In this document: positions 11,485 to 24,248 of the stretch, piece by piece
Layout: every line of letters begins with the position of its first letter
Numbering within the stretch: the stretch's first letter is position 1
Origin: Geosiphon pyriformis uo1
Taxonomy: Eukaryota; Fungi; Glomeromycota
NCBI GenBank assembly: GCA_016748015.1
Contig: JAAOMT010000309.1
Span: 124,001 to 188,000 of the forward strand
Length of the DNA: 64,000 bases
Direction: 5' to 3'
Notes under the pieces: model-generated
The model's database searches: none
What the model was told of the DNA's origin: nothing
What the model saw: only the letters and a program-made list of their open reading frames with translations
Translations under genes and position numbers: made by a program

Positions 11485-12440
11485 TTAGGGCTTTTTGTCA
11501 ATTTTATTATGATTGTTATTTCTAATTGTATTATTATTTTTGCTTCAAACTTTATCATCATTATTATTTCCAATCCTACTTTTATTATTGTTTCCAATAT
11601 TACTTTCAATATTTTTGTTGCCAAACCTGTTTTTATTTTTACCACTCTTATTTGTAATGACAGTAGAATTTGAAATAACTGAATTGGAGGGTCTTTTAAT
11701 AGGCTTAATAGAAATAAGAAAACAAAAAAAAGAAGAACTAAAATAAATCTGTATACTTTGTGCTTAAATATTGATATTGATGTGGAAATTTTTTATTTTT
11801 TAAAAAATTCAATATCCAAATAATGGATTTTGAAGAAAAATTTTCAAAATAAACATACTTATTTCACAACAGAATATTAAAATGTTTATTAAGTTAATTA
11901 TCAAGCCAAATTTCTGACTCTCTAATTTGTGCCAATTTTTTAGTAATTTGCANNNNNNNNNNNNNNNNNNNNTTAGGGCTTTTTGTCAATTTTATTATGA
12001 TTGTTATTTCTAATTGTATTATTATTTTTGCTTCAAACTTTATCATCATTATTATTTCCAATCCTACTTTTATTATTGTTTCCAATATTACTTTCAATAT
12101 TTTTGTTGCCAAACCTGTTTTTATTTTTACCACTCTTATTTGTAATGACAGTAGAATTTGAAATAACTGAATTGGAGGGTCTTTTAATAGGCTTAATAGA
12201 AATAAGAAAACAAAAAAAAGAAGAACTAAAATAAATCTGTATACTTTGTGCTTAAATATTGATATTGATGTGGAAATTTTTTATTTTTTAAAAAATTCAA
12301 TATCCAAATAATGGATTTTGAAGAAAAATTTTCAAAATAAACATACTTATTTCACAACAGAATATTAAAATGTTTATTAAGTTAATTATCAAGCCAAATT
12401 TCTGACTCTCTAATTTGTGCCAATTTTTTAGTAATTTGCA
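11485..12440. repeat. 468-bp direct duplication flanking a 20-N gap (likely unmerged contig overlap)
   Basis: 11485-11952 matches 11973-12440, with identical translated ORFs; gap at 11953-11972. Confidence 0.88.
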
Positions 12441-12946
12441 CTTCAGAGTAATGTATTATACACCTCTTTTTTCTATTTGCAATCAAACAAGCTTTTGTTA
12501 AGCAAACATACAACTGTTAGCAAAATATTTTGTGATTAGATTAATGTAAACATTATTATTCAGCAATAAATATATAAAATTATATACTTACTATTCACTT
12601 TATAATCACCTTATATGTGTACACAAATTTAGATATATCTAACCAGTCTTTTGATAAAGAATAGCAATCAACTTTGAATAATCTATATGCATCTAAAAAA
12701 AATATTCAAATATGTTAAGAGATTATGTCCACACTTAGTTTAAAGCATTATATTACAATTCATATTATAAAAGTCAAGCATTGTTAATAATACTTTAATG
12801 TTGTTATTAATCCATAAATTTGCAAATCAGCAAACAATTAATGTCAAGCATTTGCTTTTCCAATAATAATATTATTGTAAAAACAGACCATGCTGATGAC
12901 ATTATTTATATTATCATCATCTTGTTTCTTTTTAGAAGCCTTAGAT
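12441..12946 (-). pseudogene. 3' part of a decayed intron-containing gene (paralog of 37572-38295)
   Basis: Reverse-complement match to ~37982-38295. Translates ...SKDWLDISKFVYTYKVIIK*I / LYVCLTKACLIANRKKR across a 78-bp intron at 12514-12591 (GTAAGT...TCTAATC...CTAACAG). Confidence 0.62.
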
Positions 12947-12965
12947 CTGTCTCTTATACACATCT
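12947..12965 (+). other. Nextera/Tn5 mosaic-end adapter (library artefact)
   Basis: Exact CTGTCTCTTATACACATCT joining two unrelated sequences. Confidence 0.95.
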
Positions 12966-14770
12966 GAACAGGAGTACTTAGCAGTAGTTTGGACTATTAG
13001 TTACTGGGATCAATATCTTCTTGGTGCAAAATTTTTAGTGGTAACAGATTATCAAGTCTTGGTTTGGCTGTACAATAAAAAAAAGCTGGAACACAAATGA
13101 ATAACTTGCTGGATACTCCACTTGAATGAATTTGACTATGATATTCAACACCACAAAAGAGCAAATCATCAAAATGCTGACACTCTCTTTAAACTTACTA
13201 TTCAGTTATAGTACAACTTTTTGAACCAAATCAACTTAATTATTAGTAACTTCTTCACAAACAAACACGATAATAGACTTAGACAATTATTTTGTCTTAA
13301 TAGAATTTTTGGGTAAAGAACAATATTCACCAGAATACACTTGACAGCAAAAAGAACATTTGCACAAACAATCAAATTTTTATTTGATTTGCCAGAACCA
13401 GTTATATAAAAAAATAGAAAAGATCCTGACTGCCTTCAGAGAGTCATCAGATTTGAAAAAAAAGAAATTGTAATATACAACATGCACATTGACTTATTAG
13501 CTAGACACTTTGGAAAAACAAAAACAATTCAAAAAACTTTATCTCATTATTATTAACCTATCTTGGGAAAAAACATTACTAAATACATCAAAACCTATAA
13601 CATCTGCCAAAAAAAAGGCAAACCCAATTGCAAAAAAAATATCCATCCAATCTCTGTTGATCAACCATTTGACAAAATTGGTAAATATGTTATTGGACCT
13701 TTAACAATAACTCTTAATGGTAACAAATACATTATCACAGCTATTAACTATCTTACAAAATGAGTAGAAGCAAAAGTCACTTCTGACCAAATAACAGTCT
13801 CAATAGCCAATTTCATTTATGAAAATATTATTTGTCATCATGGCTGTTCCAAAGAACTTTTATCTGATAAAGAAAGAGCTTTTCTTAGTACACTGATTGA
13901 AGAACTTTATAGAAAAATGAGAATACATTATAAACTTTTCTTCTTTTATTACCTTTAAACAAATGGCCTAATAGAACATTATGTAAAACCCTAGCCAAAA
14001 TCAGTGAAAAAACAAACTTATAAGACAAAGTACTGCCTTCAGCTTTGTTTGCTTATAGAACTGTAAATCATAACATAACAAGTTATGAACCTTTTTATTT
14101 ACTCTATAAACACATGGTAACACTACCAATAAAAACTAACATTGAAACAATACTCTTTGAAAAGATCACAATAGGAAATTACAAAGACATTTTGCAAAGA
14201 AGACTTGGTACTATTCTTAACTTCTTAGTAGAAGCACAAATAATTGCTTTTGAAAAGATAAAACAGTTCCAAAAAAAGCTTAAGAAAAAGAAAACTTATA
14301 AAACACTTTTTTTAAGTGTTGGTGACTTGGTATTGAAATACTGTTTAGACAGAGACAATGTTTATGGTGATAAATTCTCTAGCCAGTGGAAAGGACTCTT
14401 TATAGTCAACAAAGTTTTGAACAATAGTTTTTATATTCTTCAAGATCAATTTGGAACAATCTTCAATGATCATCTTGTTCATAGTACATGACTCAAAAAA
14501 TATCATAAACGACCTGATTGGTTGCCTGTTGTGATAATACCGACTCAAATGATCAGCAAAAATCAAGTATAAATAAATACACTATTCCCAAAACAGAGGT
14601 ATCTTTAATTAACATGAACAATTATTTTCTGAATTAAAACATTCAAAATGCTTTCTATACTTTTCATGAGTATTGAATCAAAAACTATCCAAATGCTATT
14701 CTGACTATTGGAAAACAGACTACTATAACTGATAACAATAAAACACATACTGTTATTAAACCAAAGAAAA
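12966..14770 (+). mobile_element. Ty3/Gypsy pol fragment: RNase H C-terminus, integrase and start of an extra ORF
   Basis: EQEYLAVVW..VTDY..NADTL (RNase H); H..H..CQKK zinc region, VIGPL..NGNKYIITAINYLTK, LLSDK, LFAYRT..PFYLLY and WKGLF (GPY/F module); extra ORF ATG at 14614. Confidence 0.9.
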
Positions 14771-14790
14771 NNNNNNNNNNNNNNNNNNNN

Positions 14791-15862
14791 TTTTTTAAAC
14801 ACAAAAAAACTAAAAACTTAGATTAAATATAAAGTATTATTTGATTATTAATATATTTATTAACTAAGATTGTTTTTAAAAAGTTATGATTTTAAGATTT
14901 GTTAATAATATTATAATCTTAAACTTCTAATTTTTAAAATTACTAAAACAATATATTTGAAACCTAATATTAAGATTTTATTATTGTTAAAAATATAATT
15001 ATGCTTTAATAATATTAAAATCATATTTGTTATAAATATAATTTACATACTTACTATATGTGACCAATTATTTAGCCAATTAAAACTATACTATATAATT
15101 ATATTAATAAAAACTTCTTTATTTGCACCAATAAAAAACAAATAACCTATCTTTAAACCAAAACTAACAGCATAACTCTTTTTAATCTTCAACAATTAAG
15201 TAATATTACCTAAAATCTTAGCAAAAAGACTGTAAATAATATCAAACAAGAAGTTATTTTTACTTAACAAAATTTTATAATCTATGTCTATTCGAAGCTT
15301 TAAATTAAACACTTAAATTCATTTTTTATAACCAATCACCAAGTTTTGAACAAACTTAATCAATTTAGCTGTAACTAAATTAGAATTTCTGAAAAAAAAG
15401 TTTTGGTTTCTTTCAATTAATTCTTAAACACAAATTTCTTGTACAAAACTGTATACAAAATTTATATTAAAAACACATAAAACCAATAATTGAAGAACTG
15501 CAAACAAAACCAAAATTGTATTAATTAAAAACTTTTACATAAAAAACACTTATTTAATAATTTCTGATAAACAGACAAATTTAAGATGTAAACAAAACTA
15601 TAATTTAAGAATTTTATCTCATTATAGCATATATACAATATGCTTAAATAATTATAGTTATATAAGTACTTCTTGACAACTATAAACAATCTTTTATGTA
15701 GTGTTTTTATTAAGTATATACACAAATTAACAGTTTATTTGTTTGTATATCTAATAATTTTGTAAAAATCAAAATGCCAAACTAAAGTAATAAGCTTTTA
15801 ATTAATATTATTAATACATAAAAAATTTATTATATTAAAAACGTTTTATAGTATTATATACC
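14791..15862 (-). mobile_element. 3' end of old AT-decayed LINE plus flank (version of 40655-41835)
   Basis: Near-identical to 40655-41835 and partly to 15883-16660; remnant 3' tail and C-terminal ORF2 (KTLHKRL..KKYLY). Confidence 0.8.
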
Positions 15863-15882
15863 NNNNNNNNNNNNNNNNNNNN

Positions 15883-18800
15883 TTAATAAAAACTTCTTTA
15901 TTTACACCAATAAAAAACAAATAACCTATCTTTAAACCAAAACTAACAGCATAACTCTTTTTAATCTTCAACAACCAAGTAATATTATCTAAAATCTTAG
16001 CAAAAAGACTGTAAATAATATCCAACAAGAAGTTATTTTTACTTAACAAAATTTTATAATCTATGTTTATTCAAAGTTTCAAATTAAACACTTTAAATTC
16101 ATTTTTTATAATCAATCACCAAGTTTTGAACAAATTTAATCAATTTAGCTGTGATTAAATTAGCATTTCTGAAAAAAGTTTTGGTTTCTTTCAATTAATT
16201 CTCAAACACAAATTTTTTGTACAAAACTGTATACAAAATTTATATTAAAAACACATAAAACCAATAATTGAAGAACTGCAAACAAAACCAAAATTGTATT
16301 AATTAAAAACTTTTACATAAAAAACACTTATTTAATAATTTCTGATGAGCAGACAAATTTAGGATGTAAACAAAACTATGATTTAAGAACTTTATCTCAT
16401 TATAGCATATATACAATATGCTTAAATAATCATAGTTATATAAGTACTTCTTGACAGTTATAAGCAATCTTTTATGTAGTGTTTTTATTAAGTAAATATA
16501 CAAATTTACAGTTTATTTGTTTGTATATCTAACAATTTTGTAAGAATCAAAATGCCAAACTAAAGTAATAAGCTTCTAATTAATATTATTAATACATAAA
16601 AAATTTATTATATTAAAACCAGGTCTAATTTCTTATTAAAAACGTTTTATAGTATTATATATCATCTTAATAAAATGTTAAGTATTATCAAATACCATCT
16701 TGTTATTAGCCAACAAAAACTTATTCTTAATATTTATTGAAAAAACAAGCTTTAAAAAAGGAGTCTGATTTGCCAATCTATTAGTATGTTTATTGTCTAC
16801 TATTGTAAAATAGCTTTTTATCTTGGTTTAATTTACAAAAATGCTCTTATTTTTAACCAAATTACTAATATAATAATGTTTAATCTAACACCTATTATAA
16901 AAATTAAGTATTTTTAATTTCAATTTATTTTAACACATATTTATAGAAGCTTAATTATTAGAAAAAATTATAATATTAGAAGAAACCAAAACACATTCAA
17001 GAGCCAATACAATAATTTACATCTCAACTAAAGTCAAAGAAAACAAACCATAGATTTTTATTTCTATACTTAAACTTAAATCAAAAAAATAAGCAACAGT
17101 ATTATTAATTATATTAAAAGAGCTAAAGTTTTTAATAGAACTATTAATTTAAATTAAGATTTCAGACAAAAAAATATCTTTTAAATTAGAATAGACAACA
17201 CTAAAATTACATATATTAGATATACTTATTTTGAAACAATGTCTAAAAGCAAACAGAAGATTACAAGCCAGACTATTATTCTTAACAAATTCTAAAATCT
17301 GTATAAACTAAAAGAAAATCGGACTTTTAAGATCCAACTGCTTTTAACAACAAAAATTTTCCCAAGAAAAGCATTTTCCATAACTGCTTAAAAACTGGTC
17401 TACAAAAATTATGCCAAAATACTTGAAAGACTTATAAACTCAAAAATATTCTACCTGTTTTAAAATACTCATAACAAGAATCTTATTTTTAAGACAAAAA
17501 GCATTAAACAAATTATTGGCCAAAAAACTATTATTATGCAAAAAAATTTGAGTAATACCAATCAAAAAATTGTTTATTAAATTAACTTTTAACTTAACAG
17601 AAAACTAAAGTAAGTTCTAAAAAATCTATTTCAATACTTACAAATTCAGCAACCTATATCTAAAAAGCCAACCAAAAATACCACTAGTATTAACAAAATT
17701 CAAAACTAATGTCATCTTTTTTTCTATTTAAACTTGATTAAAAAGCTTTAAATTGTACAAAAATAAATAGTACACAATCTTATTAGAAAAGTTATTTAGC
17801 AAATTAGTCTTGAATTTTAGCTTTTACAATTAAAACAGAAGACTTACTTATATTTAAAGAAATACTATTAGATTTTAAATTTATTAAAATGACTATTGTT
17901 TTGTTAATATTTATTAATATATTTATAATATCAAAAAACTTGTTAGTAATGCCCAAAATTTTTTGCATTACTGTATAATAGTTGTCAATTTAAATTGTAT
18001 TATCTACAAAAATGTTAGTAACCAAATAAGAGATTAAATCTGTATTAAATTTAATTGTGTTAGTTTTAGTAACAAATTTAGAATTTATATAGTACTTAAA
18101 AAATAAATTGTGCTTATTACTTTACATAAAAAAAAGTCATAAAAAATTTTCAAAAAAGAAGTAAAAAAACTTTATTTTGATTTAACTTATTATAAATTTC
18201 ATAACTATCAGATAAACTAAAGTATATTATTATCTTATTTTTAAGATCATTGTAAATATAATTAAAAAACCTAATAAATCTGTTACATATTTTGATTTTT
18301 TTCAAAGTGTTTTCAATAAAAAATCTAATAACAAAGATAGAAAACCAAATTAAAGTGTTTTTTAAAACCAAAAAATTATTTTCATATAGAATATTGTACT
18401 TATTACAGATCTTAAATATTTAATTAAACAGAATTTTTTTTGTAGTTTCAATAAAAACAATTGGTCTGGTATTTGTTAAAACATTTTTTTATTCATAAGA
18501 CTTTAGAATCATCAATACTTAGATTTTTTTTTAGACATTAAAAACCAATTTTGTTACTAAATACAAATTAAATAAACACAAAAAATGATCCAAAACATGT
18601 TTATTATAATACTTTTACATTTCATTAAAAATACCAAACAGTTTATTAGCTTTACTATTAGAAAGATTCTTAATCATCAAAAAAAATTCATTAAAACCAA
18701 TATGCTTTATAATATCTAAAAATGCTTTATTTTTGACATAATTAAAAGACATAAATTGTTTTTACCAATAAAAAAAAAGAACATTTTTAATAGCACGTTT

Positions 18801-19033
18801 TCTGGTACAGTTTTCTATAATTAAATTAATTTTATACTTGACTAAACTGGGTTTTAAAATCAGATTACTACTATTAACCAAATAATTTAATATAATCTTT
18901 CTAAAAAATTTTTTCTGTACACTTCTTATTATTTAATCTTTATTAATGACAAAAGCTTTTATGTATCTAGTAATGCCAGTTTTAATACAAAAACCCTTAG
19001 TAGCTTTAGATTTTAATATCTTATAAGATTTAT
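15883..19033 (-). mobile_element. Old AT-decayed LINE ORF2 (RT to RNase H), version of 41058-44183
   Basis: Colinear with 41058-44183; residual RT motifs (IFVIRFFIENTL; KLNQNKVFLLLF from GLDQGEVFSPL; TRPIV). Confidence 0.8.
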
Positions 19034-19053
19034 NNNNNNNNNNNNNNNNNNNN

Positions 19054-20952
19054 CTCTTATTTGTAAAGTCCAAGTGGCTGGTTACTTCATTTATCTGATC
19101 CTAGTTAGTAGATCATCTGTTAGTGTTATTGCCAAACACTTTTTAGAAGCAATTGGCAGAAAGATTGATAAACTATTTACAAAACTAATGACCAATATAC
19201 ATAGTGATAAAAAGAAAAGTCTGGGCATAACCAAAGCTATTCCTGTCCAAATTAATGGCATCAGCATTGAAACTGACATAGAAGTATCTGAAACAAAAAA
19301 ATACACCATAATAGTTGGTAATGAATGGTTTAAGAAAGCAAAAGTTTTGTTTAATTATAAACTTTGTGAACTAACCATTATATGTGGTAAGAAACCCATT
19401 GTTGTTAAGTGCCATTATTGAACAACTCCTCTAGTATCCAAGCAGGATCAAAAAAAAAAACAATCAGATAAATCAGATGATAATGAAAGCAATAAAGAAA
19501 AAAATCAAAAAGAACAAAAAGAAACTGCTAAACTTGTCTATACTATTTTTACCAGCAACAGCAAATCACTAAACAATATTAAAGCTGACAAAGAAGAAAT
19601 CATGGTAAATGGCAAGCTAATCTGCTGGCCCTACTATAATATTCTCAGAAGAATCTTTAATAGAAAGTTTGGTAAGAAAGCCAAATACAGTTATTGGTGG
19701 CATGGTTCTTGTGCTAGATGCTGGTACAATAAATCTTTGTATTCTCCTAGTGATAAATGCAAGTTCTGTTTAATCTATTACAAAGATTGGAAACCAATTA
19801 ATTTGATACCCAGAAAAGAATTAAAAGAAGTACAAAAGTTTTTTGAAAATAAACCATCTGAAATCCAATTCCTAGTTGTAGAATAAAAAAAACCTTCCTC
19901 TAAAAAAAAAAAGTGAGCATTGAAAATCTGTTGGCTAGAAATAGCCCAGTTATTTCAAAAGAAGGTAATGCTTCTGGACAAACCCATGTGATACAACACA
20001 CTATTACTACAAAAAAAACTTGTCCCATCTATTTGAAGCCTTATCAATCCAATTGATGCAATAATGAATTTATTAAAAAAGAGATAAACCAGATGAAAGA
20101 TCTTGGATTCATACAAAAAACCAAGAGTGAATAAGCTTTCCCAGTTGTAATGGTATCCAAAAAAGGTGGAACTCTATGTTTTTGTGTTGACTACTGCCAA
20201 TTAAATACCATTACTATAAGAGACATATACCCACTTCCCAAAATTGAGGCAATGCTAAACAAATTCAATGGTGCTGCTTTTTTCTCAACTATTGACTTAA
20301 CTGCTAGATTTTGGCAAGTAGAGATAGATCCAAAAAGCAGAAAGAAAACTGTTTTTATTACCAAGTATAGCACCTATGAATATACAGTCATGTCTTTTGG
20401 TCTTACCAATGCTCCTTCTATCTTTCAATGTCTAATGGACAAAGTGTTTAAATCAGTAAAAGAAAACTTTGTTCTGGTCTACTTAGATAACATAATAGTC
20501 TACTCAAAAACCTGAGATGAATATCTTGAACACTTACAAAAGGTTTTTAACTTGCTCAGAAATGCTGGTCTCAAGATTAACCCAATTAAATTTTTTTTGG
20601 ATGCCAATCCATCCAGTTTTTTGGTTATTTTATTACAAAAGATAAAATCTTCTCTAACTCAGCTAAAGTTGAAAAAGTTCAAAACATTAGACAACCAATA
20701 AATGTTTCTAAACTACACTTTTTCCTTGGTTTAGTCTTTTACTATCACAAATTTATCAAAGATTTCTCTAAAATCACTTTTTTTCTAAATTAGTTACTCA
20801 GAAAAAATGTCAATTATCACTGAGACACTTATTAACAAAAAGCTTTTGAAATTCTGAAAAAAAAACTTGTTACTAAACCAATTCTCAAACAACTTGATTT
20901 GGACTAATCTTTCATTTTCTATACTGATACATCTGGCTATGAACTTGGTGCT
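19054..20952 (+). mobile_element. Ty3/Gypsy fragment: protease, Cys-rich spacer, RT and start of RNase H
   Basis: ILVSRSSVSVI (from LDSGS), IIVGNEW; FCVDYCQL, DIYPLPKI, FSTIDL..FWQV, MSFGLTNAP, VYLDNIIVYS (from YLDD), FLG; FILYTDTSGY before the gap. Confidence 0.92.
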
Positions 20953-20972
20953 NNNNNNNNNNNNNNNNNNNN

Positions 20973-22057
20973 GAATCAATCAGAAAAAAGAAAAAAGCCA
21001 AAGTTGATTTCATTTTAGACCTTAACAAAGCCTTAACTTCTACTGCTAATAACCATGAGCCACCAAAGACCAAAGTTTTTAAAAATTCTCCAAAGTTAGA
21101 ACCCCCAGAAATAGTACAAAAATCTGGTCCTTATTCTGTTGTCAAAGATCTTATAGAAACACCTACTCATATTATCTTTGGCCAGTTAATAACCCATTTC
21201 CAATTCAAAAAAGACCTTTACAAATTTTTAATTTCCAAGAAAAAGACACTAAAGACCAACAAGTGCCTATATCAAGCCAGATTTGCTGACAACAGCAATG
21301 TTACTCCTCTTATTTGTAAAGTCTAAGTGACTGGTTACTTCATTTATCTGATTTTAGTTAGTAGATCATCTGTTAGTGTTATTGCCAAACACTTTTTAGA
21401 AGCAATTGGCAGAAAGATTGATAAACTATTTACAAAACTAATGATCAATATACATGGTGATAAAAAAAAAAGTCTGGGCATAATCAAAGCTATTCCTGTC
21501 CAAATTAATGGCATCAGCATTGAAACTGACATAGAAGTATCTGAAACAAAAGAATACATCATAATAGTTGGTAATGAATGATTTAAGAAAGCAAAAGTTT
21601 TGCTTAATTATAAACTCTGTGAACTAACTATTATATGTGGTAAGAAACTCATTGTTGTTAAGTGCCATTATTGGACAATTTCTCCAGTATCTAAGCAGGA
21701 TCAAAAAAAAAAACAATCAGATAAATCAGATGATAATGAAAGCAATAAAGAAAAAAATCAAAAAGAACAAAAAAAAACTGCTAAACTTGTCTATACTATC
21801 TTCACCAGCAACAGCAAGCCACTGAACAATATTAAAGCTGACAAAGAAGAAATCATGGTAAATAGCAAGCTAATTTGCTGGTCCTACTATAATATTCTCA
21901 GAAGAATCTTTAATGGAAAGTTTGGTAAGAAAGCCAAATACAGTTATTGGTGGCATGGTTTTTGTGCTAGATGCTGGTACAATAAATCTTTGTATTCTCC
22001 TAGTGATAAATGCAAGTTCTGTTTAATCTATTACAAAGATTGGAAACCAATTAATTT
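20973..22057 (+). mobile_element. Second copy of the same Gypsy: gag C-terminus, protease and Cys-rich spacer
   Basis: 21307-22057 closely matches 19054-19805, mostly transition differences. Confidence 0.88.
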
Positions 22058-22077
22058 NNNNNNNNNNNNNNNNNNNN

Positions 22078-24248
22078 TTATTTAATTAAGACTCTACTGT
22101 AATTATTATTAAAAAAATTTTTAAATTCAATTATTTGGCCAAAATTTAATTTAATTTACTTATTAACCAAAGTTTGAATTATTTCTAAATCTTTTAATTT
22201 ATATGCCTTTAAAATTTTTAACATCAGTAATTCTAATTTATAAAACTTAGTAGATATAATATATTTGATTACACTATTATTTTGGTATTATGTTTTTGAA
22301 AGAACAGTATTAGTGACAAAATATATCATCTAACTAAGCAGTGTTTATATTCTGTTAATGTTAATTTTTTTTTTACAATTCTCAAAATTATTGGTGACAA
22401 CTAAAATAACACTTAACAACTGATTTCCAAATCTCTTTCAGATTTTTTTATTAATATCACAGATCTTATATTTTTATTTATTTTAAACAGCTTGCTTGCA
22501 TATTAAAATAAATTAAAAATTAAAAAGTTTTTTTAAGCCAATATCTACCAATATAATTATATAATTAGTATTAAAAAACACATTTGAATAATAAATTCTA
22601 AAAACTGTCACTAATTAAAATAAAGTCTATATATTTACTAATTTTTTTAGAATTAAACTATATAAGTAATTTGTATAATAAAAAATTACTAAAAAAGTTA
22701 TACAAACTCATATTCAAAAATTTTTTGAAACTTGTATTATAACCAGAATTATTTTTATTGAAATTTCTATTGAAAACTCCAAAAGCACTATTATTTAAAA
22801 CTTCAGCTATTATTAATTGACTTTATGGAACTAAGCTAATCTTTTTTCTAGAATAGCTTTAACATATAATCCTAAAATAAAAACCAAAAAACAATTTTTA
22901 AACAATAAATATATTGATAAAAACCAATCAGCTATCTTTGAAACTTTGTATATATATTTAGCAATATTATTATTGATTATTATAGCCATATTAAAATCCA
23001 AATAATTAAAGTTATCACTTAAAATAAAGATTATAATTCCATTAAATTTGTTTATTATTCAAAAATTAATCTAACTTCTTAGTTTTATTTCATAATAATA
23101 AATATAAAATTGTCTTTATTTTTATATCAATAAACAATATTTTTTTGTTTAGTAGAATTGTTCATTTTTTTCATATTGTTTATAGCAAATTTTTAAATAT
23201 AATTAATTATTAAGATAAAAATAACATTAAAAAACCTAAGCCAGTATACAACTAATTCAATCTTACTAAAACCAAATCAACTAAAATCTTAAAAATCATT
23301 ATTTTTAATTTTAAGCCACCTATCTTGATGGTTAAAACTTTTAAGCTACTAAAACTGAAATCCAAATTTCTGTTTTTTGTTGTTAAAAAAAAAAAGAAAA
23401 AACAATAATAGATTATTTAAAACCATATCTAAATTCAACTTCAAAACTAATAATATAAAAATAGCTAAAAAAAAATATTAATAAGTAATTGCCAGAAGTA
23501 CTAAATCTATATTGCTTAGCTTTCACATTATAATAGACACTTGATTAACCAAAAGCTTTAAAAAACAATTCAAAAAAGCTAACTGATTACTAATTACAAA
23601 CATATCTTAAAAACTAAAAACCACTTTGTTAGAAGGTAAAGCACCAAAAAAAGAAAGTTCAGTAACAGAAACAAAATAAACATTAATAAAAACAGTTTTT
23701 AGAAACACTATTTGCATCCAAAACTTGCTACCAAATATAGCAAATCAGAAAATAGATACATTCTTTTTTATATAGAAGTAAGCAAACTAAATATAATTTT
23801 GGTTTAAAATAAACTTCTTATAAATTTTTTTTGAATCAGAACAGAGAAACTTGAAAAGTTACACTCAAAAAAAAAATGTTTAAGATATCTATTACTTTTT
23901 ATAGTATATCAGATTTAACCTAGTCCAAAAAAGTTTTATACTACTAAATATTAGCTTTATTTAAAAAACATACTTCATATTTTGATCTAACTTAAAACCA
24001 ACTACAATACAATAAATCTTATTGTCTATTTTAAATAATTAATTTATAATGCAAGTTTTTTTACCAGCTCTTTTTAACAAAGTATTCAGATTATATGTAG
24101 TTGTTTTTACAAAAAGTGTAAATAGAAAAGTCTTATACTGATTTTTAGACATTTATATATCTTAATTAGTTATAGTTTTAGCTATTTATACTGAATTTTT
24201 TTTAATTAAGAACAACTATTTAACTACTAACCAATTTTTTTAACCCAA
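22078..24248 (-). mobile_element. Old AT-decayed LINE, ORF1 C-terminus and APE (version of 44208-46378)
   Basis: Colinear with 44208-46378; LVVK*LFLIKKNSV*IA is the decayed ORF1 WSxLIGKD motif; TIKIGGLKLK near the ORF1 end. Confidence 0.8.

Noticed and set aside
11454-12234. Tandem pair of small hydrophobic protein genes
   Set aside because: Low-complexity AT-rich ORFs, and the duplication is an identical overlap around a gap.
12947-12965. Natural Tn5/IS50 end or bacterial horizontal transfer
   Set aside because: It is the engineered mosaic end, single, with no transposase; a library adapter is far more likely.
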